A stretch of DNA of 53,698 bases from a virus (lineage: Duplodnaviria > Caudoviricetes): positions 1 to 53,698 of IMG/VR virus record IMGVR_UViG_3300028802_000020; one strand, given 5' to 3'. Position numbers and translations under genes: made by a program. Positions 1 through 7,812 of the stretch are shown in pieces; position 1 is the stretch's first letter, and each line of letters starts with the position of its first letter. The notes under the pieces are model-generated. The model saw only the letters and a list, made by a program, of their open reading frames with translations, did no database searches and was not told the origin of the DNA.

Positions 1-119
1 GTCAGGCCCCTCTCCCCCCGAGCCCTCCCGTACCGGCCTGCATAAACGGGGGCACCCCATGTATAAAGTGACGCTGCGTAGTGAGTGGCGGAATCAGGGA
101 ATGTGACGGAGGGTGACAA

Positions 120-539
120 ATGCCTCCGAGCCGGAAGCTTGCCGCAGTACCAGTAACGCAGCGTGAAAGTGCCCCTGACCTGCGGGATGCCGTCCGGTCC
201 ACAGTGGACGCAATGGACTGGCTCACCCCCACCGACGAAGCGATGAAAACCCTCGCTCTCCGTCAAGCAGAAGAGATCGAAAAGGCTGTTGACCGCGCCG
301 AAGAAGCCGCAGCGATCCTCCGCGACGCCGGCGGCGACCCCGGCATCTACAAACGCCTCAAGGCCCTCGAGAACATGTGCGAGGTCACCAAGACCGTCGG
401 CTGGCTCGGCCCTCAACTCCAAGGCGTCCTCCGCGACCTCGGCGGCACACCGGCCGCCCGAGCAGCGATGAAGAAGGACAAGCCGGTGGGGAGTCGCCTT
501 GCCCAACTCCGCGACGCTGCCGGCAAGACCGACGACTAA
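120..539 (+). CDS. terS: terminase small subunit (putative)
   Basis: 139 aa helical protein, GGAGGG RBS, overlaps and precedes TerL; C-terminal LGGTPAAR motif typical of actinophage TerS. Confidence 0.75.
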   Translation: MPPSRKLAAVPVTQRESAPDLRDAVRSTVDAMDWLTPTDEAMKTLALRQAEEIEKAVDRAEEAAAILRDAGGDPGIYKRLKALENMCEVTKTVGWLGPQLQGVLRDLGGTPAARAAMKKDKPVGSRLAQLRDAAGKTDD

Positions 540-2112
540 CCTCCTCGGCTCCACAACCCCCCGCATCTACACCCCGCCGCTCGCTGCTGGCTCGCCCGGA
601 CCGTGCGGCTGCGGCTGTGCGCTGACCCGGAGCACCTCGCTCGGCTTCTCTGCCGTCGACTTCGCCGAGGACGTGCTCGGCTTCGACCTGCTGCCCTGGC
701 AGCGGTGGCTGTTCATCCACGCGATGGAACTCCGGGCTCCTGGCCGGTTCCGCTTCCGGACCGTCCTCGTGCTCGTCGCCAGGCAGAACGGCAAGACGAC
801 CTGGGTTGAGGTCAAGAACCTGTGGAAGATGTTCGTCCTGCGCGTCCCTCTGGTGATCGGCACCGCGCAGAACCTCGACATCTCCGAGGAATCCTGGGAC
901 AAGGCCGTTGAGATCGTCGAGTCGGTGCCCGACCTGCTCGCCGAGCTGGCGCACGTCGACAAGACCAACGGCAAAAAGGCGCTGAAACTCACCAACGGCT
1001 CCCGGTGGAAGATCGCCGCGGCGTCCCGCAAGGGCGGTCGTGGTCTCTCCGGCGACGACGTCAACCTCGACGAGTTGCGCGAGCACCACACGTGGGAATC
1101 CTGGGCTGCGGTCACCAAGACGACAATGGCCCGATCCAAGGCGCAGATCTGGGCGATCACCAACGCCGGCGACGACCGGTCGGTGGTCCTCAACGCGCTG
1201 CACGACGCCGCGACGGCGGCGCTTGAACTCGACGAGCCGGACGAGGATGCGCCGGCCGTGTTCGAATGGTCAGCCCCCGATGACTGCCCGATCGACGACC
1301 CTGAGATGTGGGCACTGGCCAACCCGTCCCTCGGCTACCCGCAAGGCATCAGCGTCGCGGCGCTGCGCTCGGCGATGGCGACCGATCCTGAGCCGATCTT
1401 CCGGACCGAGTGCCTGTGCCAGCGGGTGCCGGACCTGGTGCCGTCGAAGATCCCGCTGACGGCCTGGGTGAAATGCGCCGACCCGAAGTCGAAGATGGTC
1501 GGCGGGCTCGTCCTCACCTGGGAACTGTCCTGGAACCGCGAGTACGGGGCCATCGGCATCGCCGGCTACCGTTCCGACGGCATCCCGCACGTCGAACTCA
1601 TCGACTACCGGCAAGGCCCCGACTACATCCCGGGCCGTATCGGTGAGCTCGTCAAGAAGCATCAGATCCTCGCCGTGGTCTTCAATCCGGGCGGTCCGGG
1701 CGCGTCGATGCTCACCGAGGTCACCGACCGGCTTCCCGTGAAGCTCGAGCCGAAGGGCATGACGGCCCGGGATCAGGCCAACGCCTGCGGCCGGATCTAC
1801 GACGCCGCGACATGGGTCGACACCGAACCGAACCCGGCGGAACGCAAGCCGCCGGGACTTCTCCGGCATCTCGGCGACGACCGCATCCTCGAGGCGCTCC
1901 GCAAATCCGCGACCCGTCCGCTCGTCGACGCGTGGGCGTGGGACATGCGAACCGCAACCGGGGAGATCAGTCCCCTGTCCGTAGTCACGAACGCGCTGCA
2001 CGGGCTGTACGTGTACGGCAAACCGCCGACGCCCGCCCCGCCGCCGATGGTCACCACGATCGCCGAGCTCGGCCAGCGCGAAGGCAACGACTTCATGTCG
2101 CTCGGGTTCTAG
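499..2112 (+). CDS. terL: terminase large subunit
   Basis: LLPWQ adenine-binding motif, Walker A ARQNGKT, Walker B VNLDELR, ANPSLG motif; start codon uncertain. Confidence 0.95.
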   Translation: MPNSATLPARPTTNLLGSTTPRIYTPPLAAGSPGPCGCGCALTRSTSLGFSAVDFAEDVLGFDLLPWQRWLFIHAMELRAPGRFRFRTVLVLVARQNGKTTWVEVKNLWKMFVLRVPLVIGTAQNLDISEESWDKAVEIVESVPDLLAELAHVDKTNGKKALKLTNGSRWKIAAASRKGGRGLSGDDVNLDELREHHTWESWAAVTKTTMARSKAQIWAITNAGDDRSVVLNALHDAATAALELDEPDEDAPAVFEWSAPDDCPIDDPEMWALANPSLGYPQGISVAALRSAMATDPEPIFRTECLCQRVPDLVPSKIPLTAWVKCADPKSKMVGGLVLTWELSWNREYGAIGIAGYRSDGIPHVELIDYRQGPDYIPGRIGELVKKHQILAVVFNPGGPGASMLTEVTDRLPVKLEPKGMTARDQANACGRIYDAATWVDTEPNPAERKPPGLLRHLGDDRILEALRKSATRPLVDAWAWDMRTATGEISPLSVVTNALHGLYVYGKPPTPAPPPMVTTIAELGQREGNDFMSLGF

Positions 2113-2233
2113 CGGACTCCTAAGTGCGCACCGGAGAGATATCCCCCAACTTCACTGCGCCAGATTCTGTCGTGGCCCCCGGACGTGCACGGCACAACGG
2201 AGCCGAGCTACACCACCCCGGGGCCGCCGTGCT

Positions 2234-2308
2234 TCATCCCAGAGCCGGACTCGAACCGGACCTCCCACCCCTGAGGGGGGCGTGCTACCGAACCACTGAC
2301 TTCGAGGC
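2234..2308 (-). pseudogene. degenerate tRNA-like element
   Basis: minus strand reads GTCAGTGGTTCGGTAGCAC (D-like), CGCCC-CCCTCAG-GGGTG (anticodon-like arm), AGGT, CCGG-TTCGAGT-CCGG (T arm); acceptor stem poor, no CCA. Confidence 0.4.
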
Positions 2309-2317
2309 TACGCGCGG

Positions 2318-2836
2318 CTACTCAATCCAGGCCTTGCCATTCTTGATACGGCTGATCTGCGACTGATTGATGCCGAACCGGCGTGCCAGCGTGCTTTGCG
2401 AAGTGCCTGCCGCCAGCGCTGTAAGAATTTTCGGGATGTCTACTCTCGTCAGTTTTGCTTGCCCATTTTCCTCGCCTCGAGGCGCCTCCCGGCGACCCTT
2501 CGCCAGGCAGTCGCGTGTGTTGTCCAGGGCCGTCCCCTCGAAGAGGTGCTCGCCGTTGCAGCATGGCGGGTTGTCGCAGCGATGGCAGGCGAACAGACCC
2601 GACGCGATCGGCCGGCCCATCGCGAGTTCAAGCGCGAGCCGGGCCACGGTGCCCGTGAGGACTCCCCGGCTGGTTGAGTATTTGTACCGGCCGTAACCTC
2701 GGTGGTTGCAGGTCCCCTGCCACACCCAACAGCCGGTGACTGGGTCGATCACGACGCGTTTCCGGATCCACTCGACGTCGCGGATGTGCCGCGGCGGTCC
2801 GTGCCGCACGCCCGTAGTCTCTGTCATTGGGTCCAT
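2318..2836 (-). CDS. HNH homing endonuclease with C-terminal HTH
   Basis: GCWVWQG..GYG, CHRCDNPPCCN..HL..GT..DN motif; C-terminal SQSTLARRFGINQSQISRI HTH. Confidence 0.9.
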   Translation of the reverse strand: MDPMTETTGVRHGPPRHIRDVEWIRKRVVIDPVTGCWVWQGTCNHRGYGRYKYSTSRGVLTGTVARLALELAMGRPIASGLFACHRCDNPPCCNGEHLFEGTALDNTRDCLAKGRREAPRGEENGQAKLTRVDIPKILTALAAGTSQSTLARRFGINQSQISRIKNGKAWIE

Positions 2837-2861
2837 CCCTCACAGTAGGGCTCTGGATCAA

Positions 2862-2899
2862 GGCTCCCGTTTGGTGATTGCACACCCAGCGGGAGCCGA
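2862..2899. promoter_or_regulatory. stem-loop between HNH start and portal
   Basis: GGCTCCCG...CGGGAGCC outer stem with inner GGTG/CACC stem. Confidence 0.4.
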
Positions 2900-2936
2900 C
2901 TCATAAGTAAGTATATCGAATCGGGGTGACGAAATC

Positions 2937-5900
2937 GTGTCTCCCGATGCCCCGACTACCGAAATCGGATACACCCTGGCACCCACCTATAGCAGGGTGC
3001 CATTCGACGACGGCGAAACCACTCCCGAACTGGTCTGGCCGCAGAGCATTTATGTCTATGACCAGATGCGCCGCACCGATTCGCAGGTCGGATCGGTACT
3101 GCGGGCGGTCACCGAGACGCTGCTGCGGACCCCGTGGCGGATCGACCCAGCCGGCGCGAAGGCCCGGGTGACGAAATTCGTCGCCGACGACCTCGGTTTG
3201 CCGATCGTCGGGAAGAACCCAACGCCTCCGCCGCGGCTGAAGGACCGGTTCTCGTGGCCCTCGCACCTCCGCGAGGCCCTGCTCATGCTCCCCATGGGGC
3301 ACGCCTACTTCGAACAGGTCTACCGCATCACCGACGACGGCAAAGCAGCGCACCTGCGGAAACTCGCCTACCGGCCGGCGAAGACGCTCGAGTACATCAA
3401 CGTCGCATCCGACGGCGGACTGATCTCGATCCAGCAGTACTGGACCCGGCTGGACAGCGAGCCGAAGCCGATCCCCGTCGACCACCTTGTCGCCTACATC
3501 CACGCCAAAGAAGGCGGCAACTGGCTCGGAACCAGCATTTTGCGGAATTGTTACAAGAATTGGCTGTTGAAAGACCGTTTGTTGCGGGTTCAGGCGCAAA
3601 CAATCGAGCGCAACGGCATGGGAATCCCGCTCTACACGGCCGCCGAAACGGAAACCGACCTCGCCAAAGGGCTCGGCATGGCCACCTCGTGGCGCGCCGG
3701 TGAAGCCGCCGGCTCAGCCGTGCCGTTCGGTGCGTCCCTGAAGCTGGTCGGTGTTGAGGGCACCCTGCCCGACGCGATGCCGGTGATCGAATACCACGAC
3801 GCCCAGATCGCCCGTGCCGTCCTCGCGCACTTCTTGAACCTCGGCCAGCAGACCGGCTCATGGGCGCTCGGTACGACGTTCGCCGACTTTTTCACGATGA
3901 GTTTGCAGACGTTGGCCGAGCAGATCCGCGACACGGCCACCCAGCACATCGTCGAGGACCTCGTCGACCACAACTTCGGCCCGGAGGAGCCCGCCCCCCG
4001 GCTCGTCTTCGACGAAATCGGCTCAAGGCAAGCCCCCACGGCACAGGCCATCAAGACCTTGGTCGACGCCGGAGTCCTCCACCCCGATGAGGTACTCGAG
4101 GAATCCTCCCGGCAGCAGTACGGCCTACCACCCGCCGATCCGGCGACAGCAACCCTCCCTCCCGGCACGGCCAGCGCAACCCCGCCGGCGACGACGCAGA
4201 TGGGGGACACGAGTCCCTCGGTGGCGGCGAGCGGGGACCCAAAAGCGGCCGCCGCCGAGGAGGCGGAACTCGACGAAGAGGCTGACGACTGGGAAGACGC
4301 CATCGATGCGCTCATCCTGGCGTTCGAAGAACTGTCGGCCGAGCGGGTCGAGGCAGCGTTCGACCCGGCGAAGCACGCCCGGAACCCGAAGGGCAGCCCG
4401 GGCGGCGGCAAGTTCCGCAGCATGGCCGACCGGCTGAAAGAGGCCATCACCCAGCACGGGAACGGTGACGGGAAAGGCCATCCGCTCGACGGGTTCGACC
4501 GCGAGCAGTTGCGGCGTGTCGCCAAGTCGCGTGGCGTCGAGTTGGGCCGCGGCGAGTCCCGTGACTCCATCGCCGAGAAGCTCGTCAAGCACCTCGGCCC
4601 GGCGCCGGAGAAGACCGCGGCGCCAAAGAAGGCCGTCGACAAGCCTGCGGAGAGGGCCGTCAAGAAGGCCGCACCGAAGGCGGACGCACCGAGCTCACCG
4701 GCGGGCTCGCTCGACAAGTCCGTCAAGAGCGGCGTCAAGTCCAGCAAGGTCCTCACCTCGAGCGGTTCCGGCACGATCACGCTCGTGACGTTCAAGGACG
4801 GCACCAAGGCGATCAAGAAGACGATCCACGCCAAGGGTGAGGACGGGAAGCGGCAGGTCGACGCCGCCGAACTGGCCGCATCCTTGGCCCAGGCGCTCGA
4901 GGTGGCGACACCGGCTGTGCGCCGGATCGACGACCGCGAGTTCTACATGGAGTACATCGACTCGCCGACCGCCTACCACGACGAGCGTATGCACCAGGGG
5001 AACCTCGACAAGCTGCACGGCTCGTCGGCCGGTCAGATGCTCGGCCTGTTCGACCTGCTGATCGACTACGACGACCGCAGCAACCGCGAGAACTGGGCAT
5101 TCGACAAGAACCGCCGGATCGTCGCCCTCGACCACGACACCGCCTGGGAGGTTGGCCGGAACCCGGCGAAGCCACCACAGGAGAACTGGGCACAGTCACC
5201 GTTCGCGGCGCACTGGGTCGCCGGCAAGAAGTGGAAGCCCAACGACCTTGCGCCGGTCGTCGCGGACACCATCCGGCAGCGGCTGGACGGACTCCGCCCG
5301 GAGTTCGAGCGGCACGGCCGCGGGGCATGGCTGGACTTCGCTCTCGCCCGACTGGCCGTGATCGAGGCGCACTCGACGAGCGGGCACACCATGGCCGCCT
5401 CGGCGGCAGACGATGACGGCCTCTTCCCGCTGTCCGACGTCCAGGCCAAGTACAACCCTGGGCAACTGCGGGACCCGGGCGGCGAGGACGGCGGACGGTG
5501 GGTCAAGAACCCGGCGAGCGCCGCCAAGGATGCGCTCAAACTCGCCGGGAAGATTGACCTCGCCGACGACGAGCAGCTGCTCGGCTCCGCAAAGATCGAC
5601 GGCGAAGCTGGCGGCATCCGCATGGCGCTCATCGATCGCGGCGGACGGAAGATGCTGCGCCTCGGACTCGGCCCCGAAGACTACGGCAAGGCCAACCGCG
5701 ACGAGGGCACCCCCGCCTGGGACGGCAACCCCACCCGCACGCCCCTGACCTCCGGAACAAAGCGGCTGCTCGACGAAGAGTTCGGAGACCTGAACGACGA
5801 GTACGACTCCGCCAGCCCGGAACGCCAGCAAGAAATCGACGATCGGCAAGCCAAGATCCGCGAACTACTCGCCGCGGACGAGCACTTCAACGGCATCGCC

Positions 5901-7607
5901 GCACTCGACGAGTACAACATGGACCGGCTCGCGTCGAAGATCCGTCCAGCGCTCACCGAAGCCGTCGAACAGGCGACTGCCGAGAACGTGGCAGACGACG
6001 AAATCGAGGAGCTGAAGGCCGAGGCGGCGGTAACCGGAGTCCAACCCGACCCGGACCGTCTCGCCGCGCTCCGCCGGATCACGGATCGCAGCCACCTCAT
6101 CGTTTTCGATCAGGGCATCATTCCCGGCTCCGGCAACGACTGGGGCGACGTGCACTGGTCCGTCGAACTCGATGATCCCACGGTCGGCCCCGAGGTCCGG
6201 CTCGGCGTACAGCCCAAGGGTGCCGGCGACGACTGGGGCGTCGGGGTCGACTGGCAGGGCACCTTCACCCCTGCCGAGACCCGCAAGTTCCTCCGCCTGC
6301 TCGACCAGTACAGCAAAGGCGGAGTCCAGGCAGCAGCAGGTGTCGACACCCACCCGGGTGGCGAACAACTCAAGCACTACTGGGTGTATGGCGAAGGCGC
6401 AGCAAAATGGGCGACGTGGACCGAGCTTGAGCACCATCTCCTGAAGTACCTGAAGGAGGGCCTGGCGAAGCGGACCGCTGCAGCCTGGTTCCACCTCCGG
6501 TACGGCTATTGGCCCGGTGACCACCGCAACGTCCACGCCTCAGCCGACGCCGAAGCCGACGACTGGGAAGAGGCCATCGCCGCGCTCGTCCAGGCTCTCG
6601 CCGAACTCTCCGGTGAAGTACTGGCCGGGGCCTTCGACGAAGCCAGGCATCCCCGCGGCAAGGGCGGCAAGTTCCGCTCCACCGTCGACAAGCTGAAGGA
6701 CGCGATCCAGACCCACCGTTCCGGCGGCGGGAAGGGCGACCCGTTCGAAGGCTTCGACCGCGAGCAGCTGCGTCGCGCCGCAGTGAAGCAGCCCGGCATC
6801 ACGCTGACCCGCGGCGAGTCGCGGGATTCGATCGCCAAGAAGCTGCTGGACGATCTCGATGGCGGTTCGAAGGCCGAAACGCCGAAGGTTGCGGAGCCGA
6901 AGCCGGTCAAGAAGACGCCGGTGAAACGTGCTCCGCGGAAGAAGGCGGCGCCCAAGCCGGAGGCCGCACCGAAGAAGGCCGTCACGCCGAAGTCGGCGGG
7001 TCGGGTTGCCGGCCGCGACATGATCGCCAACGGCGGTGACGCCAAGCTCGTTCGTGAGGTCGACGCCGACCACGGCTCGTACCAGTCGGCCGACACACAA
7101 CTCGCGTCCATCGCCGCGAAGCAGGGCTTCGACGGCCCGCCCAAGGTCGTGTCCCGCAGCGAGATGGACCGGCTCACCAAGGATCGGGAGCCTCTGTACC
7201 GCGGCGTGCACTCGCACGGCGGTGTGTCTGCCGCAGCCATCCATGAGCAGACCCGCAACGGGCCTGCCTGGTTCGGGAACGGCATCTTCGGCAACGGCTA
7301 CTACTTCGCCGTCGACGAGGAGAAGACCCGCCACTACAGCGACCGGACGCCGGGTTCCATGATGCGGGCAGTCCTGGATCCCGACGCGAACATCATCTCG
7401 TTCGACGACCTCAAGACACTGCTCCGCGACTACGACCGGAAGATGGAGGACGACGACCCGCGCTGGCCCGTCTTCAGCGACCCCGGCCGGCTCGCGGCAG
7501 CGCTCGGCTACGACGCGGTCCGGGTCCCCATGTCCCAGGGTGAGGGTGGCGACCAGGTGCTCGTCCTGAACCGGACGGCGCTGATCATCGAGGAGCCGGC
7601 CGGATGA
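2937..7607 (+). CDS. portal protein (Mu gp29/DUF935-like, about aa 1-400) fused to kinase-like and ADP-ribosyltransferase-like domains
   Basis: position after terL; YDQMRRTD, GNWLGTSILR, ERNGMGIP, GSWALG portal motifs; downstream DRxxxxN/DHD kinase-like and LYRG..GxGYYF ART-like motifs. Confidence 0.85.
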   Translation: MSPDAPTTEIGYTLAPTYSRVPFDDGETTPELVWPQSIYVYDQMRRTDSQVGSVLRAVTETLLRTPWRIDPAGAKARVTKFVADDLGLPIVGKNPTPPPRLKDRFSWPSHLREALLMLPMGHAYFEQVYRITDDGKAAHLRKLAYRPAKTLEYINVASDGGLISIQQYWTRLDSEPKPIPVDHLVAYIHAKEGGNWLGTSILRNCYKNWLLKDRLLRVQAQTIERNGMGIPLYTAAETETDLAKGLGMATSWRAGEAAGSAVPFGASLKLVGVEGTLPDAMPVIEYHDAQIARAVLAHFLNLGQQTGSWALGTTFADFFTMSLQTLAEQIRDTATQHIVEDLVDHNFGPEEPAPRLVFDEIGSRQAPTAQAIKTLVDAGVLHPDEVLEESSRQQYGLPPADPATATLPPGTASATPPATTQMGDTSPSVAASGDPKAAAAEEAELDEEADDWEDAIDALILAFEELSAERVEAAFDPAKHARNPKGSPGGGKFRSMADRLKEAITQHGNGDGKGHPLDGFDREQLRRVAKSRGVELGRGESRDSIAEKLVKHLGPAPEKTAAPKKAVDKPAERAVKKAAPKADAPSSPAGSLDKSVKSGVKSSKVLTSSGSGTITLVTFKDGTKAIKKTIHAKGEDGKRQVDAAELAASLAQALEVATPAVRRIDDREFYMEYIDSPTAYHDERMHQGNLDKLHGSSAGQMLGLFDLLIDYDDRSNRENWAFDKNRRIVALDHDTAWEVGRNPAKPPQENWAQSPFAAHWVAGKKWKPNDLAPVVADTIRQRLDGLRPEFERHGRGAWLDFALARLAVIEAHSTSGHTMAASAADDDGLFPLSDVQAKYNPGQLRDPGGEDGGRWVKNPASAAKDALKLAGKIDLADDEQLLGSAKIDGEAGGIRMALIDRGGRKMLRLGLGPEDYGKANRDEGTPAWDGNPTRTPLTSGTKRLLDEEFGDLNDEYDSASPERQQEIDDRQAKIRELLAADEHFNGIAALDEYNMDRLASKIRPALTEAVEQATAENVADDEIEELKAEAAVTGVQPDPDRLAALRRITDRSHLIVFDQGIIPGSGNDWGDVHWSVELDDPTVGPEVRLGVQPKGAGDDWGVGVDWQGTFTPAETRKFLRLLDQYSKGGVQAAAGVDTHPGGEQLKHYWVYGEGAAKWATWTELEHHLLKYLKEGLAKRTAAAWFHLRYGYWPGDHRNVHASADAEADDWEEAIAALVQALAELSGEVLAGAFDEARHPRGKGGKFRSTVDKLKDAIQTHRSGGGKGDPFEGFDREQLRRAAVKQPGITLTRGESRDSIAKKLLDDLDGGSKAETPKVAEPKPVKKTPVKRAPRKKAAPKPEAAPKKAVTPKSAGRVAGRDMIANGGDAKLVREVDADHGSYQSADTQLASIAAKQGFDGPPKVVSRSEMDRLTKDREPLYRGVHSHGGVSAAAIHEQTRNGPAWFGNGIFGNGYYFAVDEEKTRHYSDRTPGSMMRAVLDPDANIISFDDLKTLLRDYDRKMEDDDPRWPVFSDPGRLAAALGYDAVRVPMSQGEGGDQVLVLNRTALIIEEPAG

Positions 7608-7768
7608 CGCCCGACCTCTCCCGGCGGCTCGGCCGGATCCTCGGCAACACCGTCCTGCCCGCCGCAGACCGATGGCGCATCGTCGACGCCGCCGTGAAGG
7701 CCGACACCTTCGCGGACCTGCCGGACGACATCCGGCGGCTCGTGGAGTCGCTCGAACCGCAGACCTGA
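7604..7768 (+). CDS. 54-aa protein, candidate immunity/partner of the ART-like domain
   Basis: ATGA overlap with the portal-fusion stop; MTPDLSRRLGRILGNTVLPAADRWRIVDAAVKADTFADLPDDIRRLVESLEPQT; below the ORF-track cutoff. Confidence 0.65.
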   Translation: MTPDLSRRLGRILGNTVLPAADRWRIVDAAVKADTFADLPDDIRRLVESLEPQT

Positions 7769-7812
7769 TCCGGCTGCACCGACCCCACCCACCGAAGGAG
7801 GTGCGTGGGGAA

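Noticed and set aside
1-119. Physical genome end/cos site
   Set aside because: The position upstream of terS is compatible, but a terminus cannot be shown from this window
2234-2308. Functional tRNA or opal suppressor (TCA in the loop)
   Set aside because: Acceptor stem mismatched, T stem only 4 bp, and TCA is not in a canonical anticodon register
2113-2936. Group I intron carrying the HNH gene
   Set aside because: terL and portal look complete, the HNH is antisense and intergenic, and no intron core was recognised
4278-6990. Diversity-generating retroelement template/variable repeat pair
   Set aside because: Differences are not adenine-specific and no reverse transcriptase is present
4140-7607. 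Intein explaining the oversized portal
   Set aside because: No Cys/Ser start with His-Asn end motifs, and portal sequence does not resume afterwards
7672-7812. Upstream start of the protease ORF given in the ORF track
   Set aside because: Overlaps the 54-aa gene; the RBS supports the ATG at 7813
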